Source of the DNA: Octopus vulgaris
Lineage: Eukaryota
Direction: 5' to 3'
DNA length: 64,000 bases
Assembly (NCBI GenBank): GCA_951406725.2
Contig: OX597817.1
Location: forward strand, 48,422,001 to 48,486,000
Position 1 is the stretch's first letter, and the number at the start of each line of letters is the position of its first letter. Shown one piece after another: positions 40,242-53,752 of this stretch. A program made the translations under genes and the position numbers. A model generated the notes under the pieces. That model saw only the letters and a program-made list of their open reading frames with translations. It was not told where the DNA came from and made no database searches.

Positions 40242-40807
40242 TATGGGTTGTCCGGAAAGTTCGTGCCGGTTTTTAAAGGAAAGAAAAAGGTCAAATATTT
40301 GCCATTACATTTTTAATCAACCAAATATGAACCATTTTGATACACAATGCGTCTCCATCCTTCCTTTAACTTGAAAATACCCTCTTCCCAGAATTGAGGT
40401 GGTTTCATGGCAAAGAATTCATCAAGGTAACATTTTATGTCATCCAAGGAATTGAAATTTTTACCATTAAGACTATTCTGCAGAGACCTGAATAAGCGGA
40501 AATCCAAAGGAGCAAAATCTGTTGAATATGGAGAGTGGGGTAACACATCCCAGCCGAGCTGCAGCAATTTTTGTCTGGTTCCCAAAGCATCAAGCGCCGA
40601 AAATGAACTTTCTTATCTTCCATTTTAAAGGGTTACAGGATTAACACAGGTTATGGGAACATAAACATTCTTCCACTAAAAGATAGCTTAAACTGTGCTC
40701 TAAATGGAGGTGTAGTCAAATCCTATTTTATGGACTCAACCATGTTCTAAAATAAGTCGAAATGTAAGCTACTATAAATAGGCAGGAACTTTCCGGACAA
40801 CCCAATA
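40242..40807 (-). mobile_element. Internally deleted mariner element
   Basis: TIRs tgggttgtccggaaagttc; N-terminus MEDKKVHFRRLML abuts C-terminus WDVLPHSPYSTDFAPLDFRLFRSLQN. Confidence 0.92.
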
Positions 40808-41092
40808 TTATGAATTTGAAATTTATACAGGATTAAAAGGTCACCAACTGACTTGGGTACACCAAAACCCAAGTAACAGGACTTTTCGCTAAGTATAAAG
40901 GATTCCAAACTGTATGCACAGGAAATTATATTTTACATATTTCTTAAGTGTCTTGCACTGCTAGCAATGGCCTTTGCCTCTAAACACGTGCGGAAATCTG
41001 CTAGCGTGCGTGTGCATCAACGGTGATAAATCTACTACTATGGCCTCCGCATGAATATTTTTATGGATTTGTCTGTCAATATTTTTTTCCTC

Positions 41093-42620
41093 TTATTACC
41101 CTGCGTGCGTAAGCGAAAGCAGGGTATGGTAGTCGCTGGTCTTCGTTTGTCTGTGTGTTTGCAAAATTACCGGAAAATGGTTGAACGGATTTTCGCCAAA
41201 TTTGGCAGAAATATTTCATTGGTTGAGTGGCTTGAAATGATGAACATTTGGTTTGATTATCTTTAAACATATGTAAATACATACATAGATATGCGACTGA
41301 GTGTGTATGTGTGTGTGCGTGTGTATGTGTGTGTGTGTGTGTGTGAGTATGTGTGCAGTGATGAATTCGACAGTTTCGTTTATTTGCGACTTGATTTCAT
41401 AATTTCACCGGTGTATAACTACTTATAATGGTGATATTTAATTTTTTTGTAAATCGAACTTTAAAATTTCCCGATAAGCAAGTGTCATATTATTTATATC
41501 CTACAACAAACTACAGTACGTTTTATTCGCCTGCCATCATTGAAAGAGTTTGAAAGCACTTCTCAAATTCTATGCAATATTTTCTATAACTATTTCATTT
41601 TATTCACTTTCGTTTACATATGAATCGACCCTCGTATGTGTGTGTATATATATATATCATGGTGTACCTATGCGCGTAGACACGTGTGTGTGTGTAGAAA
41701 CGTGTGGGTGTGTAGACACGTGTGGGTGCGCGTAGACACGTATGGGTGTGAGAGTGTAGACACGTGTGGGTGGGTGTGTACACGCGCTCGTTAGTGTACA
41801 GTTATAAATTCGAGGGTTTCGTTTATTTATGAGTTGATTACTTAATTTCACTGGAGTATAAATACTTGTAATGGTGATATAAAAAAAAAACAAAAAAAAA
41901 CTTTAAAAAATAATCGAATTTACAATTTTCCCGATAAGCAGGTGGTCATATTATTTATATCCTACAACGAACTACAGTACGTTTGATTCACCTGACATTA
42001 TTAAAAGATGTAATACTTATCAAATTCTTATTTCTTTATTGCCCACAAGGAGGTAAACATAGAGGGGACAAACAAGAGCGGACAAACGGATTAAGTTGAT
42101 TATATCGACCCCAGTGCGTAACTGTACTTATTTAATCGACCTCGAAAGGATGAAAGGCAAAGTCGACCTAGGCGGAATTTGAACTCAGAACGTAACGGCA
42201 GACGAAATACCTATTTCCTTACTACCCACAAGGGGCTAAACACAGAGGAGACAAACAAGGACAAACGGTTTAAGTCGATTACATCGACCCCAGTGCGTAA
42301 CTGGTACTTAATTTATCGACCCCGAAAGGATGACAGGCAAAGTTGTCCTCGGCGGAATTTGAACTCAGAACGTAGCGGCAGACGAAATACGGCTCCGCAT
42401 TTCGCTCGGCGTGCTAACGATTCTTCCAGCTTGCAGCCTTAAATTCTATACAATACTCCTCAAATTCTATGCGATAATCCTCTTTTAGTCAAACACTTAC
42501 AAAGCTTAATTCAGTTCAATTAAAAAGCATAGGTAAGCAACGCATTGCAAGCCACACTATAATTTGCGAAAAAATTTATCTGAGCGCAGGGTAGTATTGC
42601 TCTTCCGATGCCTTGTTTTT
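41093..42620 (+). mobile_element. Helentron-associated non-autonomous element (HINE/DINE-1-like) with two diverged ~450-bp internal units and a SINE-B dimer
   Basis: 5' ttattaccctgcg..gcagggta stem-loop, then gtctgt core; 3' cgcagggta, small hairpin and T-run; 41400-41580 ~ 41843-42028. Confidence 0.7.
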
Positions 42621-42873
42621 TTTGTTTTTTTTTGTTTTTCATTTAATTTGATCCAATTACCATTTTAACAGATATCATTCACATGATATCTGTTTAAGCT
42701 TCATTCGATCTCGACAGGATCAGTATGGAATTATCGATTTTTACTTAGTGAACTAAACATTTTCACGATAAGCACATGCATGGGCAGACACACGCGTATA
42801 AACATGCCATTAGAAATAAGCAGTTTTATACCTGACATTTAAATTACGTGAAGAATTAGATAATGGTACATAC

Positions 42874-42915
42874 CTCAAGGACTACTGCTTGATTTTTGAT
42901 GTCAGTATGATTCAT
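42874..42915 (-). CDS. ACSL: ACSL1/5/6-like long-chain fatty acid-CoA ligase, first coding exon ([14 protein letters not shown]); whole exon probably 42874-42977 including 62 nt of 5'UTR
   Basis: Minus strand: acceptor tttcttttgcag (42978-80), acaaccATG, donor GAG|gtatgt. DIKNQAVVL resembles ACSL1 DLSMQSVEV. Phase 0 joins the next exon. Confidence 0.75.
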
Positions 42916-43118
42916 GGTTGTTGTTTTTTTATCTTATTGCACACGAATAACGACCGCTATGATATGTGTTATAGCAACTGCAAAAGAAATTGTTTAAGGA
43001 TTACATATATACACGAACAAATTCCTACATGCGAATTATATATATATATATATAATAATAATATAAATATATGCATATACACATACATATATGTACATCC
43101 CAATACACACATACACAC

Positions 43119-43158
<40 letters not shown>

Positions 43159-43183
43159 ATATATATATATATGTATATATATA

Positions 43184-43224
<41 letters not shown>

Positions 43225-43295
43225 TAATATAAATATATGCATATACACATACATATATGTACATCCCTATACAAACATACACACGTGTGTGTGTG

Positions 43296-43348
<53 letters not shown>

Positions 43349-43669
43349 ATATGCATGCATATATGGGTACAGGACATCAAAAAAAAAAAAGAAACGTTGA
43401 ACACAATGAGAAATGAAAACATAAAAACAAAAATATAGAAACGAACTTTTTTTCGAATAACGAAAAAACAAATAGAGAAACGAGACATACAATATAAAGA
43501 ATATTTCCCTTCTTCAATTGTCCCTGTTTCATGGATTTTTTTGCGGAGGGTGAAATTGGTAACAAGAACAGGACAGTGAGAAAAAAATATATATATATGT
43601 GACCGCGTGTGTACCGTTGGCGATTTTTTCCCCTCCGTCTTCCTTTCTTTGGATCTTTCCTTTTCCTAT

Positions 43670-43704
43670 GTTTCTGACGAAGAGCTCTGCTCGAAACGTT
43701 AAAC
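43670..43704 (+). ncRNA. Minimal hammerhead ribozyme motif (PLE type) within a (TA)n-flanked insert 43585-43795
   Basis: gttt-CTGACGA-a-gagc tct gctc-GAAAC-GTT-aaac; palindromic AACGTT replaces the stem III loop. Confidence 0.75.
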
Positions 43705-43814
43705 CCTCCTTTCCTGAGCGTTGAATAATACTATACTTGTTCCACGTCCTCGTGTTGTTGTGTTTTCTCTTTGTGTTTTCAAGTTTGGATTAACTATATA
43801 TGTATGTATGTATG

Positions 43815-43968
<154 letters not shown>

Positions 43969-43982
43969 AAAAAGACTACTAC

Positions 43983-44058
<76 letters not shown>

Positions 44059-44149
44059 CTGTATGTATTACTGCTTGTATTTATGTATGCTTGTATTTAT
44101 ATCAAGTTACACATAACAACAATTTGAAATTAAGCTGAATTACTTAACA

Positions 44150-44720
44150 CATGTTTATTAAACAATTACAACAAGCTGATAGTGACTTCAAAGTTTACGC
44201 CTGTTGGCCTTTGTCAGGCTGTGAAGCATTTATGTATAGTAATGCCCTTAATATAAATAAAATATTATACATATATACACACATATATATACGGTAAAAA
44301 AATAACTTTACATGTTTTTCAAGGAATTTCATATTCGCTATCAGGTGTGAAGGCTGTAATGAAGATTACGTAGGTCAAACAAAGCTTAACATTAGGAAAC
44401 TACACTGCCAACAACCTAAAATTTTAGCCATAAGATTACATACAAACCACTCCTGTTCACTCTCCCGTCAGACAGATTAAATGCCTTGTTTATAACTAAA
44501 CATGTTCAGTCAACCGTGTTGGCCTTCTTTGACACTAACGCACCTAATATACTGTCACATGACGCCAAAAGGTTCATACTCTACAAACATTTGACAGAAA
44601 ACATTCAGAGCATTGGAAATGTTCAGTCAACTGTGTCAGCCTTCACTTACGACCATCAACTTGCGCCAGAGCATAAGCTTCGAGAAGGCCGGACAGCCGG
44701 ATTTCTTCAGACGTTTGGAG
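44150..44720 (+). mobile_element. Degenerate Neptune-type PLE GIY-YIG fragment preceded by an inverted terminus
   Basis: 44298-44400 reads KNNFTCFSRNFIFAIRCEGCNEDYVGQTKL, matching ORF 36154; minus-strand hammerhead relic 44175-44220. Confidence 0.7.
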
Positions 44721-45129
44721 GTTTTCTTGGTAATATACTATTTACTATTTTACTTGTTTCAGTCATTTGACTGCGGCCATGCCGGAGCACTGCCTTTAGT
44801 CGAGCAAATCGACCCCAGAACTTATTCCTCGTAAGTCTAGTACTTATTGTATCGGTCTCTTTTACCGAACCGCTAAGTTACGGGGACGTAAATACACTAG
44901 CATCAGTTGTCAAGCGATGTTGGGGGGGGGGACAAACACAGACACACAAACACACACATATATACAGTTTCTGTCTACCAAATCCACTCACAAGGCTTTG
45001 GTCAGCCTAAGGCTATAGTAGAAGACACTTGCCCAAAGTGCCACGCAGTGGGACTGAACCCGGAACCATGTGGTTGGTAAGCAAGCTACTTACCACACAG
45101 CCACTCCTGCGCCTTGATCTTTAATTCTA

Positions 45130-46623
45130 GTGGGCAACTGGATTGACATCTTCGATGCAAGATTTTATTGTGTGGGGTTAGCTGTTAAAAGAGGAGGGTA
45201 CAAAAGCCTCGCAAACCTGCTCAGACACTTCCAACAGTCTGACAGATACCGATTTGGATTTCCCGAATGTGGACGTAGACGAACCGCATCGGGTTATGTA
45301 GGTCGTATCTAGATAGAGTTTTCTGTAGACCAGTAGATTAGGGTAGCATAAGTTGTCCACTGTTTAAAGACGTCGGCTATACAGAACGTAAATTTGTGAT
45401 CGACCTAGATAGGCTGTTTTGGTATGGAACCGGTTACTGGAAGCTGAAAGCGTCGCACCCGGAATGCCAAGCTTACAGAGACCGTATTAGCGAACTGGAT
45501 AAGCGGGCGTTGACGGAACAATCGGCAACAACAAATGGTGGTTTTCCCTGAAAAGAGCAATTAGGTTGATGAATCGATTAGGTTGATGAACTGTGAATAG
45601 GGAAAGTGTCTGGTTTGGATGGTCTGCCCTACTAGCTTTACTATTATGTTTCAGACTTGCTTGGAGGCCTCTTAGCAGGTGTCTACTACAACTGTCAGCA
45701 GAACGGGAGAATTCCTAGTTCTCTGAGTCGAGGAGCAGTGGTATTGCTAAAGAAGGACCCAAACAAGAGAGATCAATTAGAAAATTTTAGGCCTATAACT
45801 CTGCTGACGAAGATTTCAAAATTTTGGCCAAGGTGTTAGCAAAGAGGGTGGCGTTTGTCGTCGAGGAACTGACTCGTGATGTGCAAACATGCGCCATCCA
45901 AAGTAGATCTATCGATGACAACCTCCACCTTGTACGATACACCGGTGGTTAAAGAATTTGTCATGAGTGAGGCCCTGATCAATTTGGATCAGTCAAAAGT
46001 CTGCGATAGGGTCAACCACCAATATTTAACGGCCATTCTCACGACGGCTTGTCTTGATCCCGTTTTCCGTGGCTAGATTGCCGCAAAGTACAACCACATC
46101 TATTCGGTAGTTCGAATGAATGGCTACGTATCAGAAGCATTCAGCATCATGCGCTAGGTTCGTCAAGGTAGACCCTTCGTGTTTCTTTTGTATGTACTGG
46201 CTCTAGAGCCACTACTGCGGAAATTAGAGACGTTGAGAGATATCCTGCGTAAGCTAGTACGAGGGAGATCCGTGCTACTACAAGCAACAATGTTTTTAGT
46301 AGACGGTCTATTTCCACATTTACTCTTATCTTTTCAGCTCAGTTTGCAAGCTTGGTACCTGTAGTTCTCATTGCTCCAACAACAAATACAACATTCACCT
46401 TTAGGCCTATAACTCTGCTGACGATTTCAAAATTTTAGCCAAGGTGTTAGCAAAGAGGTTGGCGTTTGTTGTCGAGGAACTGACTGGTGATGTGCAAACA
46501 TGCACCATCCAAAGTAGATCTGTCGATGACAACCTCCACCTTGTACGATACACCGGTGGTTAAAGAAGTTGTCATGTGTGAGGCCCTGATCAATTTGGAT
46601 CAGTCAAAAGTCTGCGATAAGGT
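45130..46623 (+). mobile_element. Degenerate Tx1/L1-like LINE RT, with duplicated segment 45788-46012 / 46400-46623
   Basis: LLKKDP...ENFRPITLL, LDQSK..DRV.H, VRQG.P..LYVLALEPLL. Confidence 0.85.
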
Positions 46624-47035
46624 CTTTTTTGTTTCCATCTTCCAATTCCATATCTGATCTGCTGTTCTTTTCTTTCCGATACTCTGTTAGTACCAGGACA
46701 TGCAATATCTACTAACAGATTTTAAACTCTTCATTCGCAACCACCATATCCAACTTTCGAAGTTCAATTTCATGATCTCATTGGATTAGTATGTCCCACA
46801 GTATCTTTACCTTGTCATTCTTGATTATTCTTTTTGGAGTTTGCTCAAAGGTTCAATTGTTTTTCAGTTACTCGTCTTTTTACTAGTCGCACATTTTCTT
46901 TTTCAATTCTAATTCTTTTCTGTTGTAGACCAGAAACAGACTTCTTCAAACTTTGTAGCCTCTCAGAGGCATGCGTCTTTTCCTTACTCCATATCTCCAA
47001 AATACACGACTATACTCTGCAGCTTGAATAACTCG
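46624..47035 (-). mobile_element. R4/Dong-like LINE fragment
   Basis: NDKVKILWDILIQ.DHEIE.RK.DMVV motif. Confidence 0.6.
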
Positions 47036-47129
47036 TGTCAATACCAACCAATCAGAGTAGTGGACACAACAGGGTCCAAGCGGCCGAAGGTTAGCTGTTA
47101 TCAGCTACGTCCGTATTTATGTTATATAT

Positions 47130-47166
<37 letters not shown>

Positions 47167-47373
47167 TCACTAAGCGAACGATACAGTCCGGTCCAGGAAT
47201 CGAAACCACAATCTAGCGATCATGAGTACAACATCCTAACCAGTAGATCACGCGACTTCACTTTAGCTGTATCAAATCACTCAAAAATCTTTTACATTTA
47301 TTTTCAATTTATTGAATTCTAGTACTGCTTACTCTGAAGTGGCGAAAAATTTCATCGCATCTTTATAACCAGA

Positions 47374-48217
47374 CTAGCAGAATTGCCCGGCGTTGCTCGG
47401 GACTGAATTGCTTGAAAGTACTGTTAATGATTGCACTGAATTATGATGATTATTCAGGCAAATATTGATATAAGTTTACGGTGGGAGATAAGGACTTAAC
47501 GATCAAACGTGTGCCATTGCATTGTTTTGGGGGAACCAAATTTCTGATGAGCATTATAGGGGCACCAACTTTAAGTTTGAGAAAGTGTGGTGGTAGTCCG
47601 GGGTGCTCAAAGGAATTGAGTACCTCTATTGGATAGTTGATGACGTCCTCTGGGTCAGGAGTTGTATCGATAGACTGATATACATAGACTTCCCCAGGAA
47701 TGAGTTTTAGCATTTCATCATTAATATGGTGAACAGTTTTATTCCTCGGAGCCAGTATAGCCTTTTTGCCAATCCAATCCATATTCTGATAATTAGCTTG
47801 TAGATCTGGGAACACTGCATCTCTGAGATCAGAAGGCGTCGTAACAATGGTACAAATGGAATCGATGGCAATATTACCATTTTCATCCCCTGGTATTTTG
47901 CCTTCGCCAAGTTCAAGGAGGGTGTGAGGAAATGCTGCTGATGTGATATTACGTCGCATATGAGCACGCATATTGGTGTGAAGTTTGAGAGTTACTTCCC
48001 TTTATTTAAAAAAATATGCATTAAAATGGAAAAAATTATGGTAAATTATTTGTAAAATCATAGACTCATCGTAGACGCGCGCTAATACCCAGAAGGGCTC
48101 GATATGAATCACGACTATAAGATACCCGGTTTTGGTTAAACTGCATCGCAAAATGTGGGAGTAGTTAGGAATCTAAATCGGAGTAGACAGACACACAACC
48201 TTTCTTTTATATATAAA
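47374..48217 (-). mobile_element. Non-autonomous Helitron carrying a PIF1-helicase fragment (ORF 47450..47971)
   Basis: AILAPRN, GLPPH.L.LKVGAPIML.RNL...CNGTRL; 3' hairpin cccgagcaacgccggg then CTAG|T; 5' tttatatataaaag. Confidence 0.92.
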
Positions 48218-48903
48218 TATTTTCGTCCTAAAAAACTTTGTATGGATTGAATGGTTACCTCTATGGAAATATATACACGCACATTATACATACATGTGTG
48301 TATAGATGAATATATAAATACATTTAAATATCTATATACACTTTTGGGCGATCTTTCTGTTTCTTAGAGATAACTTTAGATCTTATTTTCGTCCTAAAAA
48401 ACTTTGTATGGAGTGAATGGTTACCTCTATGGAAATATATACACACACGTTATACATACATGTGTACATAGATGAATATATAAATACATTTATATATCTA
48501 TATACACTTTTGGTCGATCTTTGTGCTACTTAGAGATAACTTTAGATCTTATTTTCGTCCTAAAAAACTTTGTGCGGAGTGAATGGTTACGTCTATGGAA
48601 ATATATACACACACATTATACATACATCTGTGTATAGATGAATATATAAATACATTTAAATATCTATATACACTTTTGGGCGATCTTTGTGCTACTTAGA
48701 GATAACTTTAGATCTTATATTCGTCCTAAAAAACTTTGTATGGAGTGAAAGGTTACCTCTATGGAAATATATACACCCACATTATACATACATCTGTGTA
48801 TAGATGAATATATAAATACATTTAAATATCTATATACACTTTTGAGCGATCTTTCTGCTACTTGGATATACTTTAGGTCTTATATTCGTCCTAAAAAACT
48901 TTC
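48218..48903. repeat. 166-bp tandem repeat, ~4.1 copies
   Basis: cgtcctaaaaaact at 48224, 48390, 48556, 48722, 48887. Confidence 0.95.
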
Positions 48904-49739
48904 CTGTCACACACTCACACACACGCACACACACACACACACGCACCCTCACACACACACACACGCACCCTCACACACACACACACGCATACACACACAC
49001 TCACACACACGCACACACACACACACACGTTAGCTTACAATTTTATTTATATATTTGCGTGTCTATGTGTGTAAAGAGGAAGTGGGAATGCAGAGTGAAA
49101 GAGTCACTCACTACAAAAAGTGAATTACTTTCACTTTAATCGTTGCACACTTGCAAAGAGGAGAAATTAGGGTGATAGCGTCAGTGAAACAGTTCGCTCC
49201 GTTTATGTGTGTGTGCGTGTGCGTGTGCTGTAGCCCACACTAAGAAAAGCACTTGACTTAGACACCACAATGTGAGTTTTCTCTAAATTTTGCTTAATTG
49301 GGGTTGAAGTTTTAAAAACTGGACCTGGCACGACCCGATGCATTCTACTCTTAAAAATGCTAGGTAAATTGTAATTGAAGAAATCCTATATTGTAGATTT
49401 CTATAAGAGACAAAGGGAGGCAGATACAATCTGCCTTTTATAATAAGAGATTACTAACCCGCAGCAATGGAATTATTATTTTTTTGTTAAGCTATGTAAC
49501 TTGTCAAACAAGTTTAGATGTATGCTTTGACAGAGCAAGCAACAATTCAGGAAAAAACAATTAATCCAATTCGATATGTTTGAAGTTTGAGTCAACATAA
49601 AATGTGATCTTTGGTTTATTTACTTGATTTAATCAATGCTTTGGTAATAAAACTTAAAAGGGCATGGTTAGTTCATTTCATTCATTCAGGACCTGGTAAG
49701 AAAATATGGTTCAAGGTTACATGCAAAGTTGAGTACAAA

Positions 49740-49781
<42 letters not shown>

Positions 49782-49855
49782 GCATATATATTACACACAC
49801 ACACATATATATATATAGCTATATATTATACACATACACACACATATATGTAGAC

Positions 49856-49900
<45 letters not shown>

Positions 49901-49959
49901 ATACACACACACATATATATATATAGATATATATTATACACATACACACAGACATGTAT

Positions 49960-51018
49960 CCTTTCTACAATAGGTCAAGGAATGAAATTTTGTAGTAGAT
50001 TAGTTAATTACATCGATCCCTAATGCTCAAATGATACTTATTTCATCGACCCCAAAATAATGATAGGAAAAGTCGACCTCAGGGAAATTTGAACTCAGAA
50101 CGTAAAGACAGACAAACGCTTGGAAGCATTTTTTTCCAGCGTACATAAAACGATTCTTATTTTTTTGTTGCCCACAAGGGGCTAAACATAGAGGGGACAA
50201 ACAAGGACAGACAAAAGGATTAAGTCGGTTATATCGACTCCAGTGCACAACTGGCACTTAATTTATCGACTCCGAAAGGATGAAAGGCAAAGTCGACCTC
50301 GGCGGAATTTGAACTCAGAACGTAACGGCAGACGAAATACGGCTACGCATTTCGCCCGGCGTGCTAACGTTTTTGCCAGCTCGCCGCCTTTCCACAGTAT
50401 CAGATATTCTTTTCTGCTCTAGACATAAGGCCTGAAATTTTGAGGGTGGGGTCCAGTCGATTAGATCAACTCCAGAACGCAACTGGTACTTAATTTATCG
50501 ACCTCGAACGGATGAAATGCAAAATCGACCTCGGTGGAATTTGCACTCAGAACGTAATGGCAGTCGAAATACCTATTTCTTTACTACCCACACGGGGCTA
50601 AATACAGAGAGAACAAACAAGGACAGACAAACGGATTAAGTCGATTACATCGACCCCAGTGCGTAACTGGTACTTAATTTATTGACCCCGAAATGATGAA
50701 AGGCAAAGTCGACCTCGGCGGAATTTGAACTTAGAACGTAACTGCAGACGAAATACCTATTTCTTTATTACCCACAAGGGGCTAAACACGGAGGGGACAA
50801 ACAAGAACAGACATAGGTATTAAGTCGATTACATCGACCCCAGTGCGTAACTGGTACTTAATTTATCGACCCCGAAAGGATGAAAGGCAAAGTCGACCTC
50901 GGCGGAATTTGAACTCACAACGTAACGCAGACGAAATACCGCTTAGCATTTCGCCCGGCGTGCTAACGTTTCTGCCAGCTCACCGAGTACTTAAAACGAT
51001 TCTGCCAGCTCGCCGCTT
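49960..51018 (-). mobile_element. Tandem array of about 5 SINE-B units; dimers also at 16602-17015, 18925-19300, 42028-42440
   Basis: Repeated ~185-bp units, several joined at gaaatacctatttcttta. Confidence 0.85.
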
Positions 51019-51115
51019 TAATATACGTACATGCGTACCTCCATCTATCCACCTATCCCTCCCTCCATCCATCCATCCACACATAAGCAAATGAATAGGA
51101 CTGACAGTAAGAGTG

Positions 51116-51168
<53 letters not shown>

Positions 51169-53752
51169 GGGGAGAGGGAGGGGAAGGCAGTTATAACAAC
51201 GGTTACAGATTTGAGTAAAAAACTGCACAGCAGTACTATGCGACAATATAACATTACATGAAAGGGTAAAAATTAGAATGATGTCGTTGGTGATATATCT
51301 AGGGCAAACTGCAATCTGCAGGAATTAACTTTTAGCAAAGAGAACTATGGTAACGGCAGCAGTAGCAGCAGCAGCAGCAACAGCAGCAGTGGTGGGGGAG
51401 AGGACAATTGCTGTAGCTATTGTGAGGTCAACTTGTAAGTTAGTTTTATAAATAAGCTATTCTCAAAAAAGCTACTAACCGCCCTTCTACGAGTCAAATA
51501 TCTTCGGTGATAACTAAGATAAATGAGAGTGAGCGAAAGAAAAAGAGAGAGGGGTAGAGAGGGAGGGGTAGAGAGAGAGGAGAGGAGAGGAGAGTTCCTT
51601 AAACGGAAACAAACACATCAATAAACATGTAAACAAAGGGGCAATGATTGCTTGTGGTTTGCGTAATCGCCTCCATACGGCAAAACAATTAATTGGTTGT
51701 GGTATACAATAGAAAAAAACAAAGCAAAAACGAGCTGAAATAATGCTATGATTATACAGTAATGCCTCGACTATCGCGGGCGTTATGTTCCAAAAGCCAC
51801 CCCACCCCGCGATAGGTGAAAATCCGTGAAGAAGAAACAGAACGGTTTTTTCTTTATTCTTTCTTTTCTTTTACTTATTTCAGCCATTTGGCTGTGGCCA
51901 TGATGGAGCACCACCTTTTAGTCGGGTAAAAATCGACCCCAGGACTTATTCTTTGTAAGCCTAGCACTTATTCTATCGGTATCTTTTTGCCGAACCGCTA
52001 TGTTACGGGTACGTAAACACACCAGAATCGGTTGTCAAGCGATGTTGGGGGGGAAAAACATAGACACACACACACATACATACATACATACATACATACA
52101 TACATACATACATACATACATACATGCATACATAGAGAGATAGGCACACATATATGTGCATGTCTGTGTTGTGAAGAAACTCACTTTGTAACCACGTGGT
52201 TGCGAGTTCAGTCCCACTGCGCGGCACCTTAGGTACGTGTCTTCTATAGTCAAGAGCCGACCAATGTCTTGTAAGTGAATTTGGTAAACAGAAGCCCCTC
52301 GTACAACCCTAACATATATAAAAGTATATATGTGTGTGTCTATATTTATGTTTGTTTCACCATCATCGCTTGACAACCGATGCTGGTTTGTTTATGCTAC
52401 CGCAATTTAGCAGTTCGACAGAAGATCCTGATGGAATAAGTACCAAACTTTGGTTAAACTCTATAAAGCGGTGTTCCAGCTTGGCCGCATTCCAGTGACT
52501 GAAATATTTACTTAATTTTAGTAGTGAGTACAGGGTCAATAAACTTTCTCGGCTCCACCTAAGTTATTCACCAAAGTCAAAAAGGTAATTTTATCTGCTG
52601 GGAGTGGTATTTGACGTATAAAGTCTGCATGTCGATGACCTAGAAAAAAAAAAAAGACGAGGTAGAGAGACATGCCAGAATGCACATCCAATTGAATTTC
52701 AGATTAAAAGAATGTATGATACGTTCATTCTAAAGAGGTTCTCCAATTGCAGTTTATTGTCTCTAGTCAGTCAATAAAGAAAATAACTATGCTTATTTAC
52801 AGCGAACATAACTGATCCAGTTCAGATATATTATTGTTCTCACATAAATTTGCTCGCCCTTCCTCTTCTTTTTTTCTTGATATCTTTAAAAATATTTTAT
52901 CTTGAATCCATTACATTCTTATTTGAAATAACAACATCAAAAAAAAATCGTAGTGTTTTTATGTTTTTTAAATTCTGTTCTTTTTGCACAATTTTTGTTT
53001 ATCGTTTCGAAATTTTTTCTTCAGACATATGACACTGGGATAGCACGTAGAGAAAAACGAACGAATCTTTCCGACTGCCTAATATTTATTTTGTAATAGT
53101 CGAGCAATTGCTTTTTCTGTCCTTCCCGACCTCGTTTCTCCTCTTTCTCGTTCTCTAATAATTTAGCATTCTTTAGCACAGAAGTACTTCACAGCGAATT
53201 TGGTACCACATACTGAATTAAGCAATGGTTAAGTAATATTAAAGTATTATTTTTAATGTATCTTTTTCATATATTTATTTAAGCCTAATAGGAAATGCAG
53301 AGCCTGCAGCCTTCGTGGCTCCAAATTGAATGATGTCGATGTGGTTAGATGAACGAAGACTAATATCAACAGAGAATGTTTAATTTGGCCATGGAAACCG
53401 TTGACTTCGGATAAAAGAGTATGAAAATATAATCGGACACAGAAATATACCAGAGGAGATATGCAGAGCGTCCATAAATTCTCTTAACAACTTCCACAAC
53501 TTATTGCATCTGTTCATTGCGTGGAACCAATGGAGCTAACGAGGAATTATTTCTAATAAAGCTTCATTTGTTTGCCTCTATTTTTCAATAATCTCTGCTG
53601 AGTTATCCTTATTTTTAATTTTTTTTTCTCAATGTTTTAAATTGTAAAGATAATTTATTTCACCCTCAACGTTTAGCATGAAATTCATTGATCTCTGTTG
53701 TACACAAGTGTTAACAGATGCAACATAGAAACAATGTCACAATTCAATTTCG

